A DNA stretch of 63,719 nucleotides, filler included, from Aduncisulcus paluster (taxonomy: Eukaryota): NCBI GenBank assembly GCA_024181965.1. It is 23 parts of 23 records of this genome, joined end to end, with 100 filler letters (N's around TTAATTAATTAA, not from the genome) between each part and the next. Parts side by side here need not be neighbours in the genome. Positions count along the whole stretch, not along the records: positions 1 to 12,130 come from BQXS01012055.1; positions 12,231 to 14,516 come from BQXS01012059.1; positions 14,617 to 16,068 come from BQXS01012060.1; positions 16,169 to 17,817 come from BQXS01012061.1; positions 17,918 to 19,593 come from BQXS01012062.1; positions 19,694 to 21,316 come from BQXS01012063.1; positions 21,417 to 22,930 come from BQXS01012064.1; 16 more parts are not named here. The stretch is one strand, 5' to 3'. The translations under genes were made by a program, and so were the position numbers. The notes below the pieces were generated by a model. It made no database searches. It was given only the letters and a program-made list of their open reading frames with translations, and was not told where the DNA came from. The stretch's first letter is position 1, and the number at the start of each line of letters is the position of its first letter. This document shows, in pieces, positions 10,796 through 23,030 of the stretch.

Positions 10796-11749
10796 AGATA
10801 TTGTAATATATGATTGAAAAGAATGACTCCTTTGATTGCTGAAGGAAATCAAAATTTGATGAATAGCAGAGAAAAGAATGGTGAGGGATGTTCAAATAGT
10901 ATTTGACAAATACTTCTTTGATTCTAGTAGAATTAGAAACGATAGATATACACGATATGTTGTGCATAATAATACCTTCATGAGTGATCCATTGGAATAA
11001 GATCATTAGATTCGACAAGAAGAGAGAGATATCAATCTATCTTGGATGAGATGATAACACCTTCAAGTATGGCAGTGTGTTGGATGAGTTGTGTTTGTTG
11101 AGTACTGAAAAATATCACAGATCTTCACACGCGTGTCATCAATTAATATACCATAAAATGGACGGAATGGACAGAATGGACGGAACGAATGAATTGATGT
11201 TTTAGACCCTGAAACAACAGGACAAACATCGAAGTAAACATTGTCTCGGAATAAATATACAATAAACTCTCAGATCATCGCATATAAGATGGAAGTGATG
11301 TTGACAAAAAAGGTGTACGAAGCGAGAGATGAATAGAAAGAACTTCTGGAAGTATCGAGCAATGAGAAATATTTAGATCTGTCATAAATTGAATGTGTAT
11401 ATTTTATTAACGACATGGATGTTTCATCATCTCATCAAGTATCAAGATACACAAAACACATCACGATTTTGCTAACATTACAGTATTTCTTCTTAGCCTC
11501 CGTGATTACTCTTCGTAATATTTGGAATTATAAGTATATATACCGATAAAAAGTTGAATATTTTGCATTATCATGGGTTTATTCTCCAAAACTGTATGTT
11601 CACCAGGTTCTGTGGATTCTTTGTGGATGGATTGATAATTCCAACCATTTCTTTTTATTGATATAATAACGTTGGATTATATCATAAAATACTTATAATA
11701 TTGTGTTAACTCGTCCAATTTCTCTTATCTCGTCCAATTTCTCTTATCC

Positions 11750-12130
11750 AGATTAAACAAAGGAAGGATCCTATTTTTCTTGAAGTTTCAGGAGATTTAT
11801 GTCTTAAGCCCACGAAATATTATTATGTCCACTTTCCAGACATTTCTAATATCAAAGGAAGGGATGGAACAAAGAAGAAACGTGACTTTGCCTACAACCA
11901 GACAGGTGAAGCGCAGAAATTGATGAAGCATGAGCGAAATGTTGGGCACTTTACGAAGCTTTCTATCCCTTTCACCATATCCCTACCGATGAAAGGGGTG
12001 TTCATTCGTGTTCCATATGGTGCCCACACTCCTGCTCGTCTTGTCTTCACATTTTTCGACTCCAAGGGGAAGAAGACGATTATGGACTACGAGTTCTCTA
12101 CGTGGAAAGAGAGAGGTTGGTTTATGCTCC
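11750..12130 (+). CDS. Fragment of the lineage-specific 'SIPF..MKG.YI' repeat-domain family
   Basis: KLSIPFTISLPMKGVFIRV...FTFFDSKGKKTIMDYEF is paralogous to 39509-40492. Truncated by the contig end. Confidence 0.6.
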
Positions 12131-12230
12131 NNNNNNNNNNNNNNNNNNNNNNNNNNNNNNNNNNNNNNNNNNNNTTAATTAATTAANNNNNNNNNNNNNN
12201 NNNNNNNNNNNNNNNNNNNNNNNNNNNNNN
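12131..12230. other. Artificial contig linker N-TTAATTAATTAA-N (first of about 22 in the window)
   Basis: The same 100-nt spacer, with stops in all frames, recurs throughout the window. Confidence 0.99.
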
Positions 12231-12775
12231 GGTCAACTGAACCCGATGGCAGGACAAAAATGGGAGAGTTGTTCGGAAGAGACCTTGCGTCCAAAACATC
12301 AGCTACAATGCTTCGAGAGTTCCTGCAGAAAGTCTATAAAGAGATTTTGATACGCCAGGATGCTTTTCTAAAAAAGAGAGGCAGGGCTGTGGTAACATTC
12401 GAAGTGGGAGAACCAGTTTTAATGGTTCTCAGACAAAAGAGAAAGATGGATCCAAAACTACAAGGTCCGTTTAGAATTATAAAGAAAATTGATGTTTTCC
12501 ATTATGAGATTGATACTGGAGACAAGAAGCAAGCAGTCGTACATGTTGCGAATTTGCGACATTGTATCGCAACAAAAGAGGATCTAAAGAAGCAACAGAT
12601 GGTGGCTGCTGAGCCTATTGATGTGATTGACCATCGGAAAGAAAAAGGTCAATGGCAATTCCTGATCAAATGGAAGGAACTGGAAAAAGAGTTTTCCACA
12701 TGGGAAATGGCTGATGAAGTTCAGCATTATGATACTGTTAAGAGATATATTGAAGACAGAGGATTTATTTTGTAA
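12231..12775 (+). mobile_element. Ty3/gypsy pol C-terminus: GPY/F module and chromodomain
   Basis: FEVGEPVL..KMDPKLQGPFRII..VVHVANLR, then IDHRKEKGQWQFLIKWKE..STWE. Confidence 0.9.
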
Positions 12776-12837
12776 AAGAAAATTCCTTGTGTTTCGCTAA
12801 GAGCTTGGGGTCAGCTTCCAGCTCTATGGAGAGGCAG

Positions 12838-12930
12838 TGTAGGAGGTTACGAAATCTTTGAGCTTTGGAACCTTCATACGAAGCTCTTCCTTTTACTCTT
12901 ATAATAAATTGTACCACACAACTACTTACA
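12838..12930 (+). repeat. Putative short 3' LTR (about 93 bp)
   Basis: Follows the purine tract GGAGAGGCAG. Starts TGTAGGAG, ends CTACTTACA (imperfect inverted termini) and has AATAAA at 12903. The 3' boundary cannot be confirmed without the 5' LTR. Confidence 0.5.
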
Positions 12931-13080
12931 AACACGCGATACCACACCTGTGACAACTGTGGCATATGGAACATTGCCGGAACTCGATATGAGTGTATTA
13001 TATTCAGTAAATTTGTGCGCTATATCCAATAGGGTATCATTAACCCACAACAACTGTTGCCTGTCAACTTTACAATAAAG

Positions 13081-13138
13081 CGACGGTGTGGGACTTGAAC
13101 CCACAACCATGGCATTGTTAGTACAACGCCATAACGTC
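13081..13138 (-). pseudogene. tRNA-like sequence lacking the D-arm (AAC anticodon, Ile-like body)
   Basis: GACGTTATGGCG-TTGTACTAACAATGCCATGGTTGTGGGTTCAAGTCCCACACCGTCG: perfect T-arm/B-box, partial acceptor pairing GACG/CGTC, no D-arm. Confidence 0.6.
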
Positions 13139-14217
13139 TCGTCCATGAATGCACATTTGTACATTTTATGGTAATAATACACATCACAACAAATATACAG
13201 AATATATTCCAGAGGACTGGGAGGAAGTATCTTTGACGGTAACAATTAAAAGGTAAATTAGATAAAGGCCAGGCAAATATCAAGGTTGGTGAGATGATCC
13301 AATGAATTATCTCACTAAAGGAGATAATTTAAATCGGTAGCGGTTATATAAAGGAAAAATTAACAATATCCGAGCAATAGGAAGCTTAAGTAAGGTATTT
13401 CCGTAATATCTGGATTTTTAGAAGGAAAATTGGGTAAAGGCAAGTTGAAAATAAGATGGGAGGAAAGGAATAGCTCCTAGAATGAATATTTTAACTTGAA
13501 TAAAGGTTTTTACAAAATTTATAAAATTTTTAATGAAACATTATAAATGTGTTTTTATCGATCTAAAAGAAAAAAATAATCTTCGAATTTAAGGAAAATA
13601 AGAATGAATTATCGATTAATATTTTAGACACAAATATCTTGTTAATAATAGTATAAATGATAGTTTACTTATGTCATAGCATGATGGTATGTTTAACCTC
13701 TTTTTATACACGAATTAGGGAATATTTTTGATATAAGACATAGATTCTAACAAATACGCATTAATTTTTAAAAGTTTTACACTAAATCATTCAAAATTTT
13801 ATCAACCAGTATCCAGCGAGCATAGAATATTATAAAGATGGCCGACTGTATCAAATAGCAAATAATATCAGTTATACTCTCCTTACCCTTGACGAAAACT
13901 TCAATATTATTCGGAGGAAACGGATATCACAGCTTCGATACTTCAATCAGACATCAGAAAAGATTCTACTCCTTCAGAACGATAGAAACGAACTTTATAT
14001 CATTATTCGCTTTCAGGAACCTTTTTTTTTATACATTTTACATTGGCACAGTGAGTTCGGGTCTCAGTTCGGCAGCCAAAAGGAAAGAAATGTTACAACC
14101 GTTGTAAGGTTTGTGACAAACCATGATTATTCTTGAATCAGTCACAAAACTGTTTAAAATGAAATATCCGAGTGCAAATATTGAAGAAACTGGATATTTA
14201 TCATTTTTTGAATTTTT

Positions 14218-14516
14218 TTGCCAGCAAATTCCCCCCCTACAGAACCATTAGACCTACCATTTGTTGAAAAGTTGAATTCTGAGCGTTTTAAGGCATCAGT
14301 TATCCTAAATCTGATAATATCTGGGCAGATATCACAGCGAATATATCGAAAATTAAGATCCCAGGTAGATCCGGAGGGGAAAATTTCCATACCCACCCCC
14401 AAAGAAGTGGAGGCGGCATTTGCCACGAAAAACGATATGGAGAGAACAATGGTTGTATATGCATCAAGGTTTGAAGAAGAAGAAGTAGAAGAAGTAGAAG
14501 GAGAAATTACGATTGA
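14218..14516 (+). CDS. Hypothetical protein fragment
   Basis: Frame open to the contig end with an acidic tail; no family recognised. Confidence 0.3.
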
Positions 14517-14617
14517 NNNNNNNNNNNNNNNNNNNNNNNNNNNNNNNNNNNNNNNNNNNNTTAATTAATTAANNNNNNNNNNNNNNNNNNNNNNNNNNNN
14601 NNNNNNNNNNNNNNNNA

Positions 14618-16068
14618 GATCCACATGTTGAGGTTGTATCTTGAGTTCCAAACACAACAGTAGTACCATCATCCTTCATATCTTTTGTTGAAATGTCATC
14701 CAAAAGAATGAAACACTCGTCAGAATCTCCACAGTCAAGAAGATTCTTAGAAACATTCATATACGAAAGACGATCAATGCTATCCACAATGGTTGACAAG
14801 AATGAAATATCCGACACTTCATTATTATCCAAGGAAATATGAGACAAATTCTCGAAGGCAGGGAGTGAGGAAATCAAGCTAGGATCAGAGATAGAATTGT
14901 AGGAAAGATCAAGGTGAGTCAATTTTGTTCCAAGTGGGGATTTGTTCATTCCATCTACAAGACAATCACCACTGCAGACGGCAAACTGATTGAGGAGAGA
15001 TATAGACTCTGAGAAACTTGCAGAAGAAGCGGAAGCATCAAGAACATGGACACCATTCGTCGAAACATAGGTAGAACCACGACCAAATACTTCACTTCCA
15101 CTAATCTCGAGCTTTCTCAGAGAGCACAAACCGACACAATATTCGTTACTAGAATCCCAATCAGTAGTATTGCTTTCAAACTCCGTGCGATCAGAATCCA
15201 CTGCATCAACTAAAGTCTTGAGCATAGTGTAACTCATGTTAGTGCTATCAATAATACTCAGAGAATATAAGGAAGAGAGGGACGAAAGGGGAGACAAATC
15301 AGAAATTGACGTATTTCCGGCCTTAATAGTCAGAATTTCAAGGTTTTGAGCAAGTTCAAGCCCAGAGAGGGAAGTGACAGATATGGGAATCTCAATTGCT
15401 GTCAATGATGTCAAATCATTGGAAGTGATTGCATTGAGAACTGTCGTATCAGAGCAGATCATGTCACCATTCGTGTTCATTCCATCACATACAGCTTTTA
15501 CCAACTCATTTTCGAATGAATCAAGAGACATCAAGACAATATCCTTCTTGACATCACACAAATCACCAGTATATCCATCAGAACAGACACATGTATGAGT
15601 GGAGTAATCACATCCAGAATTATTACCACTTCCACAAATGGTACCATAACGATCAACAGGACATTCAGAATCACAATTGTCACCATACCATCCTTCAGAA
15701 CAGACAATTTCAAGGTCGTCAATCACGAGATCTGTACCAATTCCAATGCAAAGCTTGTTTTCTTCCTTGAGACCAGAACACAGATCATAAATATCGCTCT
15801 GGAGATAAGGATCAATGGAAATACATGGACTATCGCCATCAACAATCTCAGTGGTGAACTGTACTTCCACATTACGATATGACGAGGCGTAACACGCAGG
15901 ACTCCATATTCCATCAGTCCAAAGGTTTGAACATACAATGTTGTTTGAATATGAGAACGAATCAGGAGTACAACTGCAGTAAGTATCATCAAATGCAAAT
16001 GAAGAAATGTTGGTGAAATGGGAACTAAACTCTTCAATACCAGCAGAATCCATTCCACAAATTGGATT
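14618..16068 (-). CDS. LRR + EGF/Cys-rich surface protein, internal fragment
   Basis: CSEGWYGDNCDSECP and CVCSDGYTGDLC EGF motifs; LTHLDLSYNSISD LRRs. Confidence 0.85.
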
Positions 16069-18769
16069 NNNNNNNNNNNNNNNNNNNNNNNNNNNNNNNN
16101 NNNNNNNNNNNNTTAATTAATTAANNNNNNNNNNNNNNNNNNNNNNNNNNNNNNNNNNNNNNNNNNNNCTTTGATATCGTTGAACAAGAATAACCTGGCA
16201 ACAATAATACCGTTACACAACATGGAATCGCAGATGAATCGATAAATCAACCATAGCAATAGCAAATCATACTTTCAAGACCCAAATCCAAACATTGTTT
16301 GGCAAACAATGGGCACAAAACAACAATAAAAACCACGCCAGAAAACATTTCAAACAAGATCTTGTCTCATCAAATGAAAATAAAAACGTCTGACTCAGCC
16401 TGGGCTCGAACAAAACCAGACAAAATTCTCATCACGATCCAGAGCATCCATGTTCTGCTCCACAAGACACGGCACCAAGTGGGAGTGGGGGCATGTTTAT
16501 TCATGGAGTTAGATTTTTAGTTCTGAATATTTCTTTTATCATCATTATCATCATTATCATCTTAGTATCATAAATCATCTTTATTTATCCACAACAAGAC
16601 AAGACGGGACAGAATAACAACAAAAAATAAAGTTCAAAGTTCTTTGGAGTTGCATACGGTACGACTATAGGAACTCTATCCTCATCTGCGGGTGATGCGA
16701 CAGAAAACAAGGGGGGCAACAAAACAGAATGGGGCAATCAATGTAGTATTCGAGATGGCAATGACAATGATGGAGGGGGGAAGTACAACATACAATCGGT
16801 GTTCAAATAGATCAAATATGATCCATCCACTCATCAATTAACAGCAACATTCATTCCAGTCACACGTGATACAATCAATATGACACGCTGAGGGGTTGGT
16901 TGTAGGTAAGTTGTAGGTTGGTTGTGGTTCGAGGATGTGCTGATAGTTCATCTTTGGAGTATGAGTTACTATTTCTTTATAGTAGAACTTTGACATAGGA
17001 TAGAAGCCCCCTATTCCAAAGACAAGGAGCACAGAGCAGTGAACGAGTACAAATCTCAGAATCAATTGTATCAGATGATCAGGATCTGACATTGGAGTTG
17101 GCATTGGAATTGGAGTTGGAGTCGGAGTTGGGTGGAATGAAATGGGAGAATGAAATGTCGTGTTCCATGAAGCATCAGGGGATTAGATTCGTAGCAGTAT
17201 ACAGACATATGTATAGCATCATATTCCGAGTTCTTGATATTTTTGATTGTAAGCAAAAGCAAGTGAAAATGAACAGAAATGCAAGGATAAGGATAGAAAT
17301 GAAATGGAAATATATCCATGCTATTGAATGGCATTGAAATCGTTCATAAGTGTTCTGGCTTCAATAAACTTCGTTTATACATTAAAATATTTTTAGATAG
17401 ATGTTCAATTAGACAAAATGACGATCATTTTCGATAATAGATATTGACCACTTTTTTCATCATAATAAATGATTTTTTTATTTTTTATTTTCATTTATTT
17501 TAATTAATTTTTTTTTTAATTTTGTGATATAACACTATTAACATCATATCTCGAAAGGTTTTTGTATCGGGCGTTTTCCAAATTTATATGGACCTTAAAT
17601 AAAAATATTTTTCAAAATTATCATTTTTATTAACATTTATTTCATTTTTATATCATTTTTATGCAAGCAACATGTTTGCACCAAGTTGCCATTTTTATCT
17701 TCTTTATTTGTCAACATCGTGTCCTTAAAAGCGGTCTCCCTTGGGTTTGGCCAACCCAGGGGAGGCGTAAGTCTTATTTATTTTTTATATTATGCTGCTC
17801 CTCGTTCCCCCGATATGNNNNNNNNNNNNNNNNNNNNNNNNNNNNNNNNNNNNNNNNNNNNTTAATTAATTAANNNNNNNNNNNNNNNNNNNNNNNNNNN
17901 NNNNNNNNNNNNNNNNNACTCCAATGCCAGATCCTGATCATCTGATACTGAGGTTTGTGCCTGGAAGCCTGAGTGGAAATATCTTGACCCATCCCCCTGG
18001 TTGATAAACTTCTTGAGGGCCATCGTTCCCTCGTCCATACCAAGAGGGGAGTTTCTGGACTCGACGAAGAAGTTTGGAATTCTGCCCATGAAGCCCGTCA
18101 CGTCGCCCTCTTCCTTGTCGGTGAATCTCTTTTATACCTCAAATCAAAGAACTGATCCTCAAGCTACACCGCAGAAAGTTGAGCACATTCCTTGTTTCAA
18201 ACTCCCAGCTCCCCGAAAAACTCAAAGCCATGCCCCCTGTCACCCAGTTGTACCTCCCTGTTGACGCTGCTGACCCGGACACATTAGCCGAAATCGACCG
18301 TCCCTATGTCGGCAAAATTGATGATTGGCGCTGATTGAACGAGAGTTCTGTCCATTTTATCCACCCGTCAAGAGAGGACAGCCATCCAAATCACTGTCAT
18401 TAAGAAGCTGAATTGCCGTCGTGAAGACATTCCTGGGTATGTCAAACTCATTCGTTTGGGACCTCCATGCTTCATTGAGCTGAAAGCCTTCTCGTTTGTC
18501 GGTGGAACAAGACATCGCCATGGTTTCTTTCTTTCTTCTCTCTTGCCAACGTTCCCTGGCCAGACCAGTGTGTATGCAAGGTGGCTTGAGGCTGCCCTTG
18601 AAGGTGATTACATGGGCTGTCAGTGTCCACCACGAGAGCAGGGCTGTGCTTATGGTGAGCAAAGATCTGTTTGTTGGTGGGAAATGGGTGTCTTGGATCG
18701 ATTTTGACAAGTTCTTCTCCCTTTATTGTTCTCCTGGCTTCGACACCCTGTCTTATAGCATTCCAATCC

Positions 18770-18818
18770 CTGATGATCGCTTAATCACTCCTGATGATCG
18801 CTTAATCACTCCTGATGA
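18770..18818 (+). repeat. 21-bp tandem repeat (CCTGATGATCGCTTAATCACT, about 2.3 copies)
   Basis: Direct reading. Confidence 0.85.
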
Positions 18819-19693
18819 AGAAGCCCCATTAAGGGTAACTGTGAAGAAAACAACTACCTTGATTATGGCAATGTAGTCAGCTAAATCACGCTTTATTTTT
18901 TTCCTAGCAGAGTTTGGAAGATAGTTGTGTTAATCTGATCAATTCAAAGGGTAGCAAATCCTTTGGGCTAGCAAATTTACTTGATTTAAGTTGAATCATC
19001 CGATCCAACAGCGCCCCCTAAAAGTCAAAACCATTTCGGCTTTGAAGAGGCTAGAAGAATTGTACCAGGATAACCTGAGGCAATTTACTAAATAAACGTT
19101 CAGACACAGAAATCTAAAAATAGATTTGAGAAGATCTAAAAATAGATCGTCCGTAACATCCTGCCCTTTCTATAATGAAATCTCCTCGTAGATAGGGGTA
19201 TACCGGTCTTTTCCAGCTAAATATGAGTCACAATAAATGTCTAAAAATTGCGAATTTATGGTCAATTATATGTATAATTTTTCAATAACAATTAAGAATT
19301 ATTTTATAAAAATTTCATCGAATTTTGGTGTAATAATAATAAATTTTTGTTCAATTATTCTATCGGATTTTTCGTCAATAATTTCGAATTATCGTTCAAT
19401 TATCCGGCCAGATTATTGCGAATTTTCCAACTCTTCAGAAATTCATCTTTTCTTGCTTTTTGTTTCACCTAACCATTTAACTCGAAGAATTATTTATAAA
19501 TTTATGGGCTTGGTATGTCATCGTAATTTTCTATATCTTAAATTTAATAATAATTAACAAAATCATTTTTTCCGCTATTTTGCATTTGTACACNNNNNNN
19601 NNNNNNNNNNNNNNNNNNNNNNNNNNNNNNNNNNNNNTTAATTAATTAANNNNNNNNNNNNNNNNNNNNNNNNNNNNNNNNNNNNNNNNNNNN

Positions 19694-21191
19694 CCCTGAT
19701 CCTGGTGATGACGTATGGATGGGACTCGAGGCTGCACGGAAGAGGGAGAAGAGGAAGAAGAGACATAATGGGAGTGGAATGAGATCAAAGGCTGAGATGA
19801 CAATTGACAGCGTGAGTTCGTTGATGAACTCCAATTTCTTTGATTATGGCATAATGGATAGATCAGACATTGTTTCCGTATGGAGGAAATACCACCCTTT
19901 GCCAGATCTCTCTGATGCATCTGATCTCACTGCAAAAGATGTGGCAAAAACATCCTCCGTGGAAGGAGGGGAAGTGGAGTCCTCAACACGGGAGGGTGTT
20001 GATCTGATTGAACAACAAAGATTATTGAAACAAAGGATTCTTGGAGATGCTCGAAAAAAAGAGTTTGAGAGATTGGAGAAAGAATTCGTGGAGCTTTCTT
20101 ATTCAAAAACGTTGCCAATGTCTCGGGTATGTCTTTTAACACCCGATGAATGGAGAGTATTGGTCGATGGGGTCGCCAAAGATGTTTTGAATGCTGAATT
20201 GGCTGCATGCAGGTCACGATTGGCTGCTATAGGATGGAAGGAAGTCAGGAGACAGCATAAGAAGGCAATTAAACGTGAAAAGGAGAAAGATAAGGCTGCA
20301 AAGAAGAAGAAGGATACTTCATCTAAGACTCTTGGCGCCAAGAAGGGTGGTAAATACGATGTTCCTGTTATGAATTCGATGAATAGTAAGTTGGGATTAA
20401 ACAAAGATCGTCTCCAACAATTGAAACAACGAATTGCTCGAAGTTCTGCTGGGAAAGGGACTTTATTGTCACAATTACAAGAGAGACTCAAGATCCAGAG
20501 TTCGAGCGCAAGTATTCGTGAACGGCTTGCCCAACAAGAACGCCTTGGCGAGCGTATGAATGAAGCTACTGCTGATACCTCCATGGTCGACATGGGATCA
20601 TCCACACTACATGGAGGGGAATCGTTTGGTTCTGGGGCCATGCTTGATGATATTGAGGAAAGTTCTGTGTGTGAGAAAGAAGACGGAGGATCTTTCGGAG
20701 GTAGCTCCTTTTTCGATGAGGAACCTGAGGATAGGCCTAGTGGAGGAAGAGGGAAAGGTCATCGCAGGCGGGGATCGTCTGTATCCTTGTCCGATATGCT
20801 CTCTCGAGATTCCACTGTGTCTATGGATCTCATGACAAACGCTGATGCCAAGGCTCTTTTAGAGATGGGTGGGGTTTGTTTGAAATACAGCAAGCAAGGA
20901 AAAACACAGAAGAGGTTTGTGATGATTCGAAATGGTATGAAAACATTATGCTGGAGAGATCCTTCGAAGAGCAAGTTTAGTGAGGGTTTCACGAGAACAG
21001 ATGTTGTTCGGGTGATTGCTGGATTAGTGCCAACGTTGCCGCAGAAGATAAGTCGTGTGGTTCTCGACGAGAATTTGGTGGCTTGTGTTGAAACAGACAA
21101 AAGGATCCTTCTCCTTGAATATGTCAGTGAGGAAGAGAGGGATCGATGGGTTTTCGCTTTACTAAAGTGGAAAAGAGGGGATCTATTGTAG
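19694..21191 (+). CDS. Coiled-coil protein with C-terminal PH domain (5'-partial)
   Basis: GGVCLKYSKQGKTQKRFV..LCW...LLLEYVSEEERDRWVFAL is a PH-domain pattern. Confidence 0.75.
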
Positions 21192-21416
21192 TTTTTTTGT
21201 GAGAAAATAAGTCACGTATCTCGAATCAAAACAATCATTCACTGGAATTCTCTTCTTATCTCTTCATTATGCTTTCGATTGTATCCGAATGTGATAATTA
21301 CTCCACAATTGACAACNNNNNNNNNNNNNNNNNNNNNNNNNNNNNNNNNNNNNNNNNNNNTTAATTAATTAANNNNNNNNNNNNNNNNNNNNNNNNNNNN
21401 NNNNNNNNNNNNNNNN

Positions 21417-22930
21417 TGGTTGGGATGGTGAGAGATGTGATGGTGGAGAGATCATCCACAGTCAGTGAGGAGAGAATGTTTTCAGCAGAAGAAGAAGAAC
21501 ATAACGATTGAACAGCTGCATCATCAACATACATGGACTCACAGATAGCTTCAACGAGGGCAACATCCATCCCAAGAGAAGACAGTAGTGTCACTCCATT
21601 CTCAATCTCACACAGGTCACCAGTCATGAGAGGTGACGATGAAGATGAAGAGCAGGTGCATGTGTGTGTTTCAGAGTCACAAGTATCGGTTCCATCATAA
21701 TTCCCACATTCATACCCATACTCATCAACAGGACATTCGGACAGACAATCGTCACCATACCATCCGTCAGAACACACAATGGAGATGTCATTTATAGATC
21801 CATCAGAGCCTATTCCAATGCATTTCTTGTTGGTACCCGAGAGACTCAGATCAGAGCACATTGCATACAATGCAGAGGTTTCATCATCGATGAGCACACA
21901 AGATAATGAGGATGAACTCACATCAGTGTAACATGATGAACAACATGTTGCAGAATACTCGCCAGGCCAGATCTCAGAGCAGACGATATTGGATGAGAGT
22001 GAGATGGAAGATGATGTGGAATCATCAGTACAAAGACAAATATTGTCATCGAAGATAGAATACCCATCACTTGTCAACGGTGATAACGGTGATGTGAAGA
22101 CAGACACGAAAGCATTCACTTCCTCTTCATCATCCATCCCACAGATATTGTTGACACGCAGATCAAGTGTGATGAGAGTGGATGAGAGCAAGAACAATGG
22201 AGATGGATCAGAGATGTTGTTATCACTGGCATCCAGATACTCTAACATCGGAAACAGGATCGTGAAAGAGGTAGAAGCAGAACCAGGATCAGAATCATCA
22301 GCATCAACTTCATAGAGCCACATCAAATCATCCAACTCCATGCCACTCACATCAAGCTCGGTGAGATATGATCCAAAAATAGACGCAACATCAGAGAGTG
22401 GGACATCTGTAGTTGCAACACTCAAAGAGGTCAGAACACCAGACAGAGACGAGATCTGGGTCAAGGCATCCACGGCTGTGTCGGAGATGTTCAGAGCAGT
22501 CAGATGGTTAAACACACCCAAGGAGTCAAGAACAGAGATATTACTCAAGGAAGTGTTTCCACTCAGATCGATGCATGAGATGTTCGTGAGATATTCAAGT
22601 CCAGATAAGTCAGTGATATCAAGACTGGACAGATCAAGACATTCATCAGCAGATAATATAATCCCTGCAAGGTCACTCTCTGTCAGATCACCCTCACTCT
22701 GATCGTCACATGTGGAGTCATGACCATCAACAAGTGAACACAGAGCAGAGAGAATGTTGGCATCAGCGAATGTGACATATTGACACGAATCACCATGGAA
22801 GCCAGAGAGAGAGCAATCACAAGTATGTGTTGAACTGTCACATGTTCCATACTCAGAGCCTCCGCATTCCTCGGTGCCTTGGAATGGACATTCATCCAGA
22901 CACTCATCGCCATACCACCCTTCAACACAT
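21417..22930 (-). CDS. LRR + EGF/Cys-rich surface protein, internal fragment
   Basis: LRRs (LEYLDASDNNISD) and EGF motifs (CSDGWYGDDCLSECP). Paralogous to 14618-16068; the frame appears to extend to the contig edge. Confidence 0.85.
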
Positions 22931-23030
22931 NNNNNNNNNNNNNNNNNNNNNNNNNNNNNNNNNNNNNNNNNNNNTTAATTAATTAANNNNNNNNNNNNNN
23001 NNNNNNNNNNNNNNNNNNNNNNNNNNNNNN

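Noticed and set aside
11710..11748. 19-bp direct duplication and other short tandem repeats (11158-11190, 34147-34192, 40780-40847)
   Set aside because: Ordinary slippage repeats with no spacers; not CRISPR-like.
12175..12186. Regularly recurring TTAATTAATTAA palindrome between N runs (array-like)
   Set aside because: Artificial contig-joining linker with stops in all frames. ORF ends reading 'LIN' or X-runs are artefacts.
13240..14150. Protein-like broken frames downstream of the tRNA-like element
   Set aside because: Multiple stops of all three types and no recognisable family; cannot support a call.
16169..17817. Several short ORFs on both strands
   Set aside because: Low-complexity, AT-rich sequence without coherent coding signal or motifs.
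18995..19540. Minus-strand frames interrupted only by TAA/TAG, suggesting an alternative code or RIP-like decay
   Set aside because: No recognisable protein, and a TGA-free run of this length is plausible by chance in AT-rich DNA.
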